From a virus, in IMG/VR virus record IMGVR_UViG_3300035670_000040, positions 1 through 64,000 of that record: 64,000 nt of DNA; one strand, written 5' to 3'. Positions 38,376 to 49,140 of the stretch are shown in pieces (positions within the stretch are counted from its first letter, which is position 1; each line of letters begins with the position of its first letter). The position numbers and the translations under genes are program-made. The notes under the pieces were generated by a model, which was not told where the DNA came from, did not search any database, and worked only from the letters and a program-made list of their open reading frames with translations.

Positions 38376-38662
38376 TTGTTAAATTTTGAACGAAATATTT
38401 TTTTGTAAAAACCAGGTATATTGTCTATATATGTTTTTATAACATATTGAAGATTATATTCTCCTAAAAGATCACAATATAACTTTTGAATTTCTTTATC
38501 TTCAATAATTAATTTTAATAAATTAAGAAAATTTAATTTTTTATTCTGACAGATACTTATAAAAGAACCAAATTGAAGAGTAATTTCTTCAAATTCGTTT
38601 ACATCCAAAGAATTTGATGGATTTATTAATTTTTCTATTTGTTGATACGATGTTATAATCAT
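38372..38662 (-). CDS. Hypothetical protein
   Basis: Overlap-coupled ORF. Confidence 0.65.
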   Translation of the reverse strand: MIITSYQQIEKLINPSNSLDVNEFEEITLQFGSFISICQNKKLNFLNLLKLIIEDKEIQKLYCDLLGEYNLQYVIKTYIDNIPGFYKKIFRSKFNK

Positions 38663-39582
38663 TGTGGTTTCAAATTCTTCATCATTTCCATAAAAACAGG
38701 TGTCAATTTTCCTCCTGCGGAATTTGAACTACCACCACCTTCGCAAACTTTTTCTGCAAACACACTGATATCAAAATTTTTAATACTTGATTTTTTTCTC
38801 ATGTTTACTTTTTCTGTTTTCACGTTTATAAAAAAGAATATATCTGGATCATACTTATTAATAAGGCAATCAATAGCAAGTAAATTGTATTTTTCACCAA
38901 TAACAGCAATAGTATTGTATTTTTCTTCTTTTATTTTTAATTCACCAGAAAATTTCTGATAAGATTCTGCTAATTTACATCCCAAATATTTTTCATTCTC
39001 AATTAATTTTTTTTGAGATTCTGTAAATGGTTTAAATCCTGATTTGTAGTCTTCTATGAATTTAGAAAAATTATTTTTATATTCTGACCAGAACAATACA
39101 TTTAGATCATACGAGTCTTTAAGTTTTAAGTCATAACAATCAAAATCATTAGCCAGTGCTATAAGATATTTTTGACTTGTTGTTAGGGTATTTTTTTCTT
39201 TTAAAAAGGTATTATACATCAATGATGTATTCGATGTGGTTTCTTTAAAAACTACTTTTGATGTTTTAAACTGATTTAAAAATTTTTCTGATCTTTTGTG
39301 GTGATCTATAAAAACAAATTCAGAACTATCAAAATTTAAAAAACTTTCTCTTAAAGAAAAATCCATAATAAGAGTTGTTGGTTTGTTTATTGTTTTTTCA
39401 TTATACAACATCAACCTATCTTCAATGGTATTATTAAATAATTCCTCATATTCTATAGTTGCATCTGGTCTTGCCCATAAAAAACAAAGAAGACTTACAG
39501 CACCATCGAGATCACCGTGAGTGAAAACCTTATACAATTTATTTGACATTAAAATACTTATATCCATATCATTCAATATCAT
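38659..39582 (-). CDS. DHH/DHHA1-family phosphoesterase (RecJ/NrnA-like)
   Basis: THGDLDG, MDF, IDHH, ANDFD, GGGSSNSAGG. Confidence 0.85.
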   Translation of the reverse strand: MILNDMDISILMSNKLYKVFTHGDLDGAVSLLCFLWARPDATIEYEELFNNTIEDRLMLYNEKTINKPTTLIMDFSLRESFLNFDSSEFVFIDHHKRSEKFLNQFKTSKVVFKETTSNTSLMYNTFLKEKNTLTTSQKYLIALANDFDCYDLKLKDSYDLNVLFWSEYKNNFSKFIEDYKSGFKPFTESQKKLIENEKYLGCKLAESYQKFSGELKIKEEKYNTIAVIGEKYNLLAIDCLINKYDPDIFFFINVKTEKVNMRKKSSIKNFDISVFAEKVCEGGGSSNSAGGKLTPVFMEMMKNLKPQ

Positions 39583-40951
39583 CTCCTAATGATGCTAGTA
39601 ATCCTATTGTATCAGATACGTGACTTTTTTCATTTTTATTTTCTCTATTGCTAGAAACAATAAAAGAAGTGGAGACATTATCTGGATCTTTTAATGTTAA
39701 AGTTGGATAATCTATTTCTAATACAGTATGACAATCTCTAGGACCAAACCTGTTTTTTGTTATACCTAGATGTATTATTCCTAGTTCAATGTCTTCTTCT
39801 TCTGTCCATATCGAAAATTGAGCATCTGCTGTGTGTGAAAGACCCATAGATTCACTAGTTGTTTCAAGACCTGGATTTTGTTGATTATATCCAGATCTAT
39901 TTGTCTGAGTAGCTGAAATAACAGGACATTCAAATTGATAAGACATTGCTCTAACCATTTCTGTTATTTCTTTAACAGCCTCATAAGAAGAGACACCTTT
40001 CTCACTAGGAGCAATAAGATTTAAATAATCCAAAATAATAACATCAGGTTTTATTCCAGATGCTATTAATTTTTCTATATATGTTTTTATATGAAAACAA
40101 GAAACTGTTTTAGGAGGAAATTCTTTTATTATAAGTTTTGAATTTTTGTGTTTTATCTTATAAGAATTTAATTTATCTTTTAAAAGAACAATCTGATCAG
40201 CTAAATCATCCATACATATTTGTGACAATTGTGAACTTATTCTTTTTGCATAAACTTGTTCAGACATTTCCATAGAAATTAAAACAACATTTTTATTTTG
40301 ATTTAAAATATTTGTTGCTATATTTCCTAAAAATATAGATTTACCAACGTTTGTTACACCGTAAAAAACATATAATGCCCTACCAGTTGCAAGGAATCCT
40401 CCACCTATTCTTTCATCCAACCACTTCCAACCAGAAGGAATGTATGTAAATGTTTTTTGTAATTCCTGACAATGTAAATCTATATTTTCCAAATAATCAA
40501 AACCATTGTCGATTACAAGAGATATTGAACACGCCTTTTCAAAAGATTTTAAAATTTCAGAAGTGTTTATGTTTCCACTTTGAATGTTTAAACTGGTCTT
40601 CAAAACAGTATTAAATACCGATTTTTCTTTTAAAAATTTTTCTGTATTCTTTGTAAGAAGTTCTTTGTTATATTTTTTATCAATATCCGAAAACCCCAAG
40701 AAAACTTCTTTTATAATTTTTCTCTTTGATTCATCAACAACATTTAATTTTAATTCAGTTGGGTTTGGTATTTTTTTATGATTTCTATAAAAATCACAAA
40801 GTATAGATATAAATGTTCTATTCTTTTCATCCGAAAAGAATGAAGGATTTAAATGTTCATATATTGATTCAAAATATGAACTATCAAAAAAACAATTATA
40901 TGTTATAACCTTTTCAAAAAGGTCATAATCAAAATCAATAACTTCTCCCAT
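39569..40951 (-). CDS. Replicative DNA helicase (gp41/DnaB-like)
   Basis: GVTNVGKS, SMEMSE, IIKEFP, ILDYLNL, SATQTNRSG, SESMGL..TAD, KNRFG. Confidence 0.95.
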   Translation of the reverse strand: MGEVIDFDYDLFEKVITYNCFFDSSYFESIYEHLNPSFFSDEKNRTFISILCDFYRNHKKIPNPTELKLNVVDESKRKIIKEVFLGFSDIDKKYNKELLTKNTEKFLKEKSVFNTVLKTSLNIQSGNINTSEILKSFEKACSISLVIDNGFDYLENIDLHCQELQKTFTYIPSGWKWLDERIGGGFLATGRALYVFYGVTNVGKSIFLGNIATNILNQNKNVVLISMEMSEQVYAKRISSQLSQICMDDLADQIVLLKDKLNSYKIKHKNSKLIIKEFPPKTVSCFHIKTYIEKLIASGIKPDVIILDYLNLIAPSEKGVSSYEAVKEITEMVRAMSYQFECPVISATQTNRSGYNQQNPGLETTSESMGLSHTADAQFSIWTEEEDIELGIIHLGITKNRFGPRDCHTVLEIDYPTLTLKDPDNVSTSFIVSSNRENKNEKSHVSDTIGLLASLGDDIE

Positions 40952-40953
40952 AA

Positions 40954-42102
40954 TTATTCTTCAATAAGAACTTTTTCAGATTTTTGTTTTAAAACAATAT
41001 TTGCTTCGTTTTTAAATTTTAGTTCATGTTTAAGTTTATTTTCCAATAATGGTAAAATCTTGGATTCCCAAACGGAATCATCATCTTTCCAATCTTTATA
41101 AAAACCAAGAACTTCTTCACCGACAGCATATCTATGTCCTTGTTTATGTATTATTCCATATCCTTCAGCCATTTCTAACAAACCAGAATACTTTGATAAA
41201 CCTGTTCTGAAATTAAGATACATTTCACATTCCAAGAAAGGAGGAACAAAACGATTTTTTGTTGTCAAAACTCTCATAGTCAATCCATTCACATCTTTTG
41301 ATAAAGGAGTCACTTCATCGCTTGCATTTTTGTTATCGGATTTTCCTACTCTTTCTTGTTTTGTTGCCATTTGAACAAGTACAGATGACATATAAAGAGG
41401 ACCAGATCCTCCGCTTTGACTTTTAACAAGTGTTGGATACATCGCACCAGGATTATCATAAATATGATTAGTAAAAACCACTGGACAGTTTGCTTTTGCC
41501 GCAGCATGTGTAATTGCTCTCAACATAGACTTCAAAGAAACTGCCCTAGCCCCCATATCAGCGGAATCTTTACCATCTTCTATAACCTTGGCTTCTCTTG
41601 CAGAGATTAAATTTCCCAAGGAGTCGATAGCAAGAAGAACTTTTCCCTGAAGACCCTTTTCTATAATGGTTTTTAAGAATTTTACAATCTGGTTTCTACA
41701 ATCTTCTATAATCTCTGTCGGACAATGTTTGATTTTTTTAGGATCACATCCTAAATTTATTGCTGTTTCTGGATCAAGAGCATTTTCTGTATCAAAGTAA
41801 ACAACATGCATTCCTTTTCTCTGTGCTGTTGCCATAATTTTGTTTACCATCAAAGTCTTTCCACATGCTTGTGGACCAGCAAATCCCGTAATCCTACCCA
41901 TGGGAATTCCTCCATAAAGAGAACCAGAAATGATAGCATTAAGAGCCATACAACCAGTATCAATCCATTCACTTACTGTTGAAAGTGTATTTTCATTTAA
42001 GAACGCAGCATCTGGATTAAGATCATCCAGAACCTTAAAAGCATCTTCAATATATCCAGTTTCTTCGTTTTGTTGATTTGTTTCTTTTTTTGTTTTTGCC
42101 AT
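40954..42102 (-). CDS. uvsX: RecA-like recombinase
   Basis: IDTGCMALN, GPQACGKT, YFDTE, IDSLGNL, DMGARA, TNHIY, SGGSG. Confidence 0.95.
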   Translation of the reverse strand: MAKTKKETNQQNEETGYIEDAFKVLDDLNPDAAFLNENTLSTVSEWIDTGCMALNAIISGSLYGGIPMGRITGFAGPQACGKTLMVNKIMATAQRKGMHVVYFDTENALDPETAINLGCDPKKIKHCPTEIIEDCRNQIVKFLKTIIEKGLQGKVLLAIDSLGNLISAREAKVIEDGKDSADMGARAVSLKSMLRAITHAAAKANCPVVFTNHIYDNPGAMYPTLVKSQSGGSGPLYMSSVLVQMATKQERVGKSDNKNASDEVTPLSKDVNGLTMRVLTTKNRFVPPFLECEMYLNFRTGLSKYSGLLEMAEGYGIIHKQGHRYAVGEEVLGFYKDWKDDDSVWESKILPLLENKLKHELKFKNEANIVLKQKSEKVLIEE

Positions 42103-42147
42103 AATTGTTGAATGATTATAGATATTTTTTTGGTAAAAGCAAGAAAT

Positions 42148-42178
42148 AAAAAACCCCGATTTAAAATCGGGGTTTTTT
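42148..42178 (-). terminator. Intrinsic terminator
   Basis: aaaaaaccccgattt-a-aaatcggggtttttt hairpin between 42202..42591 and uvsX. Confidence 0.85.
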
Positions 42179-42201
42179 ATGCCTTATGTCAATACTAAAT
42201 T

Positions 42202-42591
42202 CTATTCATCAAATAGCTTAATAACATCTGGTCCCTTGTTTTCTGGAGTGGTTATTCCTTGATTTGATGGTACATATAAATTACTCTTATTGAAGATTTG
42301 AGAATATTGAGCCTGTAATCTAAAGTCAATTGCTTCTATGTCTGTAGTTGTTATAGTTTCCTTATTATAAGAAAGAACAACATCAGATTCTTTTTCTGCT
42401 AAGAATTCTCTAAAAAACAGAGGAAATAGCTGAATAGACATTCTATTATCCGGTGTTGGAACCGTAGATAGAATTACTGGATTCTTAACATTTAATTTAC
42501 TTTCATCTTCAGATGAAAGTTCTCCAAGAATTGTTCTTCCTACATAATCTAGAAAAACTACTATTTTTTTATTTGTTTGTGTATCACTCAT
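42202..42591 (-). CDS. Hypothetical protein, Sm/SH3-like beta fold (tentative)
   Basis: GRTILGEL....LNVKNPVIL pattern seen in small T4-like phage proteins. Confidence 0.6.
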   Translation of the reverse strand: MSDTQTNKKIVVFLDYVGRTILGELSSEDESKLNVKNPVILSTVPTPDNRMSIQLFPLFFREFLAEKESDVVLSYNKETITTTDIEAIDFRLQAQYSQIFNKSNLYVPSNQGITTPENKGPDVIKLFDE

Positions 42592-42635
42592 ATTAGACTT
42601 TATAGTTTATATAAACAAAATAAAAAGTCAACATA

Positions 42636-45218
42636 TTAATCATAATCTTCTGAAAAAAGTTTTGTTATATCTGTTTCATAATTGCATGTAAGTGATGGAA
42701 AACTCCATCCTATACATGAATAAATTCTTTCTAATGGAGGAGATACAGTTTTTTTGAACATTTTTTCGTAATCAGGGACAATATCTTTTTTTATTTCTTC
42801 TGGAAAAACTTCATTATAGGAAATAACATTTATGTTGTATTTGTTTTTGGAAACATAAAAGATTTTAACCTTGTTTCCGCTAGAAATTTTTTCATATAAA
42901 TGTTCTATGTTATAACTTTTTAAAAGATTGTTAAAGTATATTGATGCTTTTACATGATTAGGAGTTGCTTTAGGTGTTTTAAATCCAACTGTTATAGATT
43001 CATATTTTGAAATATCTGTAATTTTTTTTCTTGTAGAAATTAAATTTATATCCATCTCTAAGAACTTTTTATATGATTCTATAAAAATATTATCAGATTC
43101 TTTTTTATCTTCTGATAAAATAATTGATTCAACAACGTTTCTAATCAAGTCCTTTACTTCATTTGACATTGTTGATTTAGCCAACTCCACTCCTTTATAT
43201 ATAAATTGTTTTTTTGGTTTTGTTCCTTCTTTATCAATTACATGAAGAATATACATTTTCTTCTCAAGAAACAATCCTTTATCACAAATTGTTTCTCTCT
43301 TAAAAACAAACCTTGGATCTATTGAATTATGTTTCTGTTTTGACCAAATTATAATTTCTTTATTTAATTTTTTATCAATTTCATCTATTATTTGTTTAGC
43401 TAGGGGTGTTACTTCTTTATTATCATCCAACAATAAGGAATTTTCCTTTTTTAATAAAGGATCTATTGTAAAAAAAATACTATCCGTATCAGAATATAGA
43501 TATACACCATTTTTTTCTCCATCAAATCCTCTTTCTTTCATGTAATCAAAAACAATATCGGATGCTTTTTTGATGACTGATTGACCAGTCATTGTTACAC
43601 TCGCAGAATGATCAATATCATATAGGGGAGAGAACTTTTGAGCAAAAGTTCCATAAATAGAATTCAAAACAAGTTTGTAAACATTTTGCTGTGTGTCCAA
43701 GTCTTGAATTTTTTGCTTAATTTTTTGTTTTTCGGCTTTATCGGTTATATTAGAACTTTCTTTCTGATATTTTTGCATCTCATTTTTAGCATCCACCCTT
43801 TGTTTGTATAATTTATCAATATAACAGGGAACTACACCCTTTGTTTTTTGTGTATACAATACATCATAATCAGAAATACATATTTTTTCTCTTTCAACTA
43901 ATTTTAAAAATTTTTCTTTTGATAAAGAGATTATTTTACCATTAATTAAAGATAATTTGTATTCGTCATCTGTTTTTTCTAAAATTTTTCCTATTTTAGT
44001 TTCAGGTGAAATATTTAATGTAATAATTGTATTGGGATATAGACTATTGGCATCATAACTAACCAGTGACTTCTGTAATCCTCTTTCTGGATCATGTACA
44101 TACCCTCCAACATATTCTTGTTTTTCATGATCTGATTTAAATGTTGGAATCATCTTACCCTGCAATAATGCCTCATGTGCAATTGCTCCTGTAATCATAG
44201 AAACCTTACCAGTAGCCTTTTCAAATGGGATAAACCCTTTATATGATAAGTTTCTTACCAAATCCAAATATTTCAATGTTTCTTCTAGTTTTACAAGAAG
44301 TCTTACGTCTTGAATATTATATTTTACAAATGTATTCCAGTCAGATTCTGCTAATTCTGCTAAATTACCTGTTCCAAAATCAATTTTTCCTTCTTTTAGT
44401 TCTTTCTCAGCAATAAAATTCAGACTATATGACTCAGAATCGCCTCTAGAAAAGGCTTTATAGATAATCATGTAGTCTAGATTGGAAACTCCAGAAATAT
44501 ACCACTTATCAAATGGTTTGTTGTACTTGTTTATAACAACACCTTCTCTACAATAAACATTTTGAATAGGAGAAAGTCTATTATATTCGTCTCCCTTAAA
44601 TTGTTTAATCCTATTAATGAGATAAGGGACATCGAATGTTTCTGTATTCCATCCACACATTATATCTGGTGGATCTTTTTCCCAAAACTGTAAGAATTTT
44701 TCTAATAATTCGTATTCGTTCTCACAAAAATAATAAATTTCATTTGATTCTTTTGAGGAATACTTTTTTGTACCCCAACTATAATACTTCTTTTTTAAAG
44801 AATCATATATGGTTATTAAATTTATAGGATCTTCTGCCTGAGAAGGTTCCGGAAATTTTTCTGGGCTAAAAGTTTCCAAATCCCAAAAATATATTTTCAA
44901 AGGAAAGCCTGATAAATCTTTTGTTTTCTGATCTTCTCTGAATGTATTGATTAAAAAATCTTGTTCTACATTCAAATTTTGAAAAATTCTTTTTATAGGT
45001 GTTTCATTTACAAATTTATTTCTATAATAATTGTTTTTGAATGTAAGTTTTTTTAATTTTGTATTAAAAATAGAAATTCCATCAGTTTTTTCATTACTTT
45101 CAATATATAAACTAGGTTCGTAGGATGTTTCGATTTTTATTCTATTACCATCCTCATCCCAAGTCCAAAGATTAATGCATCCGTCTTTATTATTATATGC
45201 TACGTTTCGATAAGCCAT
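42636..45218 (-). CDS. Family B DNA polymerase (gp43-like)
   Basis: DLET, GWN..FDVPY, YNIQD exonuclease motifs; SYDANSLYP, KLVLNSIYG, YSDTDS. Confidence 0.97.
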   Translation of the reverse strand: MAYRNVAYNNKDGCINLWTWDEDGNRIKIETSYEPSLYIESNEKTDGISIFNTKLKKLTFKNNYYRNKFVNETPIKRIFQNLNVEQDFLINTFREDQKTKDLSGFPLKIYFWDLETFSPEKFPEPSQAEDPINLITIYDSLKKKYYSWGTKKYSSKESNEIYYFCENEYELLEKFLQFWEKDPPDIMCGWNTETFDVPYLINRIKQFKGDEYNRLSPIQNVYCREGVVINKYNKPFDKWYISGVSNLDYMIIYKAFSRGDSESYSLNFIAEKELKEGKIDFGTGNLAELAESDWNTFVKYNIQDVRLLVKLEETLKYLDLVRNLSYKGFIPFEKATGKVSMITGAIAHEALLQGKMIPTFKSDHEKQEYVGGYVHDPERGLQKSLVSYDANSLYPNTIITLNISPETKIGKILEKTDDEYKLSLINGKIISLSKEKFLKLVEREKICISDYDVLYTQKTKGVVPCYIDKLYKQRVDAKNEMQKYQKESSNITDKAEKQKIKQKIQDLDTQQNVYKLVLNSIYGTFAQKFSPLYDIDHSASVTMTGQSVIKKASDIVFDYMKERGFDGEKNGVYLYSDTDSIFFTIDPLLKKENSLLLDDNKEVTPLAKQIIDEIDKKLNKEIIIWSKQKHNSIDPRFVFKRETICDKGLFLEKKMYILHVIDKEGTKPKKQFIYKGVELAKSTMSNEVKDLIRNVVESIILSEDKKESDNIFIESYKKFLEMDINLISTRKKITDISKYESITVGFKTPKATPNHVKASIYFNNLLKSYNIEHLYEKISSGNKVKIFYVSKNKYNINVISYNEVFPEEIKKDIVPDYEKMFKKTVSPPLERIYSCIGWSFPSLTCNYETDITKLFSEDYD

Positions 45219-45226
45219 GAGTTGGC

Positions 45227-46528
45227 TTATATTATCTGATCTTTATTTAGTAAAGTCAAGTTAGGATATTTTTCATTTCTCTCTTTTGACCCCCATCCAG
45301 TCAAATAAAGACCTTCATATAGATCCATATGATCTTCTAACCACATTGTTTCAGCAAAATCTCTGGCTTTCTTTGATTCTTTCATATAAACATTTACATC
45401 AGATGTTAAATGTTCCAACATACCTACTAAATCTCTTCCTGTTTTGAATTTGTTTTGAGATAATTCATAGGTACATAAGTCTTGGTATGCACCAGGTATT
45501 CCGAGAGCACCAGCTTCTATCATTTTAATATTACTCTTTGATTTATTAAAGATATTATCAACCAAAGGAGCAAAAGTAACATTACAATTCGCATCTACTA
45601 GACCTTGTGGGTACTCTGGTAACACAGACCAGTCTAAATACTCCATTTCTCCATTGTCTATAAATGGTTTTACTGCTAATGGGTAACATCCCTTCCAAAC
45701 AAACTTAAATTTCTTTCTTGCTTTGATAATTTCATCAACTACATGACCGAAATCGTCTTTCATACCCGTTCTATTCAAAACATCTATATGTGTACCTGAT
45801 CCAGAATAAAGAACTCTTGGTCTTTTCTTGTTCTTCTCAAAGTTTTTGAGAAGTTTTTGAGAGTCGTACATTCTATCAAGCCAAAATTTCGGCGCGTAAT
45901 TAGGAATAACTGTTATATTCTTATTTCCTGTCTTTTCTATATAATAATCTTTCATGAATTGACAAGTTACAGTCATTTCATCCATCATTCCTATGATTTC
46001 TAAAATATTTTTTACAATTTTTTCATCATTAAATGCGTCCTTGCATCTATTGTAATCAGGAATATCTTCTCTAAAAACAATATCATCAACTTCATAAATA
46101 AGTCTAAGATCAATAGATTTTTTAATTTTATTAAGTTCTTTGATAAAAGATAATTGATGTTCAGTTGCTTGTCTTTGGAATCTAACGGCTTTTAGAGATT
46201 GGTAAAACCTGACATCTAAAATCATTTGTGTCATTCCAGAACAAACTGCTTTTTGATAAAAATTTAAAAGATATTCTGGCCATATCATTCTCCAGAATCC
46301 ACATCCACCATAGTCAGCATAATAATTTAAGACTCTAGGAAGACTGGATTCTGGCATTTCAATTGGTGCTGGTGTAGGAATCTTTATAGGGAAAAGATGA
46401 ACATAAAAATAATTTAATAAATTATTTTGAGTCCCAACAGGAGGAAACGGGATTTCTTTCTTAAGAACATTAAATCCATATGTAACTCTTCTATCAGAAT
46501 TTTCTTCTTTTTTTATTTTTAAAGCCAT
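45227..46528 (-). CDS. GT-B (GT4-like) glycosyltransferase upstream of the DNA polymerase
   Basis: GGCGFWRMIWP, YEVDD, VIPNY, APLVDNIFNKSKSNIKMIEAGALG. Confidence 0.82.
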   Translation of the reverse strand: MALKIKKEENSDRRVTYGFNVLKKEIPFPPVGTQNNLLNYFYVHLFPIKIPTPAPIEMPESSLPRVLNYYADYGGCGFWRMIWPEYLLNFYQKAVCSGMTQMILDVRFYQSLKAVRFQRQATEHQLSFIKELNKIKKSIDLRLIYEVDDIVFREDIPDYNRCKDAFNDEKIVKNILEIIGMMDEMTVTCQFMKDYYIEKTGNKNITVIPNYAPKFWLDRMYDSQKLLKNFEKNKKRPRVLYSGSGTHIDVLNRTGMKDDFGHVVDEIIKARKKFKFVWKGCYPLAVKPFIDNGEMEYLDWSVLPEYPQGLVDANCNVTFAPLVDNIFNKSKSNIKMIEAGALGIPGAYQDLCTYELSQNKFKTGRDLVGMLEHLTSDVNVYMKESKKARDFAETMWLEDHMDLYEGLYLTGWGSKERNEKYPNLTLLNKDQII

Positions 46529-46563
46529 AATTGTGATATATTATATCAAGTAATTTATAAAAA

Positions 46564-48369
46564 TCAAATTACTATTCTTGTTTTCCCGTTTATTTTTTCC
46601 AAAGTTATAACATTATCTATATTGTTTTTAGAAACAGAAGGATTGTGTGAAATAATATATATTGATTCTTTGTATTTTTCGGATTTTTCTTTTAAAATCT
46701 CCAATACTTTGTTTGTTCCGATTTCATCCAATGCTGAATCAAAAAGTTCATCATACATATTAAGTGAATAATATATACCAGACTGTGATTTAAGTATGTC
46801 CTGAAATGTAAAAAGTATTGAAATATCTATTCTTTTTCTTTCTCCTCCACTAAAATTAAAATAAGAGCATTCTTTTTTGTTCTCATTTATAATTGTTTCG
46901 TCAAAATATTCATCAAAGGTACATGTACATGGTGCTTCTAGTCTTTTTAAATAAAAATTCAATTTATTATTGAAGAAAACAAGAAGTTTTTTAATAATAT
47001 GTGTCTTAACACCCTCCTCTGAAACAATAAGTTTTGAATTTTCTAGAATATTCAGTGTTTTTTGTTGATTTGTAAGTTTTTCTTCTATTTCTTTTACGGA
47101 TTGTTCTATTTCTTTTATTTTTTCTTCTGTATGATCCTTTTCTTGTAGTAAACTATCTATAGATTCTTGAATTTCCGAATTTTTGTCATTAATTGTAGAA
47201 TTCTCCTTTATTAAAACATCTATATTTGTTATTTTTTGATTAAATGTTTTATATAAATCATTTAATTCTCTTTGTTTTTTGATAAAATTATTTTTTTCAT
47301 TTAAAATTTCATGTCTTTGTTTTGATATATTATCAAATTCTTGTTTTTTTGTGTTTTTATCATCAGATAATTGATTTAAATGTTCTTCTATAGAAGAATC
47401 GTCTTCATCCGACAGTTTTTTCTTACATGTTGGACATATTCCTGTTTTATTCTTTAATGATTTTATTTGTTTTTCTATATTTTCAATTTCAGTATGAAAA
47501 ACTGCTTCTTTTTTGGAAGCATCCAGCAATGAGTCAGCTATTTTTGATACTTTTTCTTCTATTTTTTTAATAGCACTTTCAGTTTTTTTCAAAGATTCCT
47601 CCAATTTACTTTTTGTGTCTAAAAGTGTTTGATTTTTATTTGTTTTTAACTTTTCTTCGTTTTCTTTTATTTTATTTTTTAAAGTTTCAATTTTTTGATC
47701 CTTTATTTGTTGGTTTTTTAATTTTTGTTCTTTAAAAAAAGAAATTGTTTTTTGTTTTTCTGAAAAAAGGCTGGAAGAAATATCATATTCTTTTTTTAAG
47801 TCATTGTAATCCTGCCTAACATTAGAAAGCATCTCACTAAAAACGTTTATTTGAAGAATACTTTCAATAAATTTTCTTTTTTCCACTTTCTTCTGAGCCA
47901 TGAATGGAATAGTATTGTCTAATGACATTATTACAGAGTTTCTAAACAACTCTTCATTTGCTCCTATAAGTTCTATTATGGCTTCGTCTGTTTTTTGAAT
48001 GGTAGAGTATGTTGTATCGACTTCTTTCTTATACAAATGAACTTTACTTGGATTTAAACTTCTTTCTATCTTGTATTCTGTAGTTTTACCGTCTAATGGC
48101 GTTAAGTCAAATTCCAATTCAACCAAACAAGTTTCTTTAGAATGATTGTGAACAATTTTGTCTTTTTTGATATCTCTTATAGTATTTCCGAAGATAACCC
48201 AATATAAGGCATCTAAAATTGTGGTTTTTCCACAACCATTTTTACTTTGTTTATCTTTATTTTCCCCTGTTATAAGAAAAATTCCTTTTTTAAGAGACAA
48301 TTCTAATTCATCATCACCAACAGATAAAAAATTTTTAATTTTTAATTTTTTAAATAAAATTTTTTTCAT
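46564..48369 (-). CDS. Recombination endonuclease ATPase subunit (gp46/Rad50-like)
   Basis: KNFLS, NGCGKTT, CPTC Zn hook, FSGGE, YDELFDSALD, ISH. Confidence 0.95.
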   Translation of the reverse strand: MKKILFKKLKIKNFLSVGDDELELSLKKGIFLITGENKDKQSKNGCGKTTILDALYWVIFGNTIRDIKKDKIVHNHSKETCLVELEFDLTPLDGKTTEYKIERSLNPSKVHLYKKEVDTTYSTIQKTDEAIIELIGANEELFRNSVIMSLDNTIPFMAQKKVEKRKFIESILQINVFSEMLSNVRQDYNDLKKEYDISSSLFSEKQKTISFFKEQKLKNQQIKDQKIETLKNKIKENEEKLKTNKNQTLLDTKSKLEESLKKTESAIKKIEEKVSKIADSLLDASKKEAVFHTEIENIEKQIKSLKNKTGICPTCKKKLSDEDDSSIEEHLNQLSDDKNTKKQEFDNISKQRHEILNEKNNFIKKQRELNDLYKTFNQKITNIDVLIKENSTINDKNSEIQESIDSLLQEKDHTEEKIKEIEQSVKEIEEKLTNQQKTLNILENSKLIVSEEGVKTHIIKKLLVFFNNKLNFYLKRLEAPCTCTFDEYFDETIINENKKECSYFNFSGGERKRIDISILFTFQDILKSQSGIYYSLNMYDELFDSALDEIGTNKVLEILKEKSEKYKESIYIISHNPSVSKNNIDNVITLEKINGKTRIVI

Positions 48370-48417
48370 TATATTATGTATAATATAACATATGTTTTTA
48401 ATATATTCAACAATATA

Positions 48418-49140
48418 TTAAAAACAACTAAAATTAGAATAATATAAATTATCTAAACGATAATGAATTGAATCCAAACCTTCGCATAACTCTATTATTC
48501 TTGGTTTGTTTAATGATGATGCTATTGTGGTAGGAGAACTTTGATTTCCCAAAAACAACTTACAGCTATTAATTTTTATAAAAAAATCATATAAACAAGA
48601 CACTTTTAACATTTCTACGTTGTTTTTAAATTTAAAATTATTATATTGTTCTTCATCAAAACATATAAATTTTGCATTTTGATTATTTTTAATAATTTCT
48701 TCATATTTTTTAGAAGATTTCTGAGTTAATGGTATTCTAACAGATCTATTAATTAATAAGACATCTTTTAAAGAATCATCTTTTTCTGAAATTTCTATCC
48801 ATTTATAATCTTTAGGTGTGTTTTTTTCATTTAAAAATGTTTTTAAAAAAATATTCAACCAATTATCTCTATATAAAAGATTAGAATATCTAAATGATAC
48901 AAGATTTATATCAATACTCTGATTGTCATATATTTCAAAACTTTCAAACCAATCCTGTTTCTTTAAAACAGGGTATAAATCATTATAAGTGAAATCTAAT
49001 CCTTTTTCAAAATTACAACCGATATTACTTAAAAATATTTTTGCTTTAAAACCGGAAATCTCATAGTTTCTTTTGCATACCATCAAACTATTAATAAAAT
49101 CACCTAGTTTTGGACCTGTTAAATAACTTTTACTTACCAT
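48418..49140 (-). CDS. GT9-like glycosyltransferase
   Basis: N-terminal LGD and C-terminal INSCKLFLGNQSSP..IA..L..P resemble the heptosyltransferase fold. Confidence 0.6.
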   Translation of the reverse strand: MVSKSYLTGPKLGDFINSLMVCKRNYEISGFKAKIFLSNIGCNFEKGLDFTYNDLYPVLKKQDWFESFEIYDNQSIDINLVSFRYSNLLYRDNWLNIFLKTFLNEKNTPKDYKWIEISEKDDSLKDVLLINRSVRIPLTQKSSKKYEEIIKNNQNAKFICFDEEQYNNFKFKNNVEMLKVSCLYDFFIKINSCKLFLGNQSSPTTIASSLNKPRIIELCEGLDSIHYRLDNLYYSNFSCF

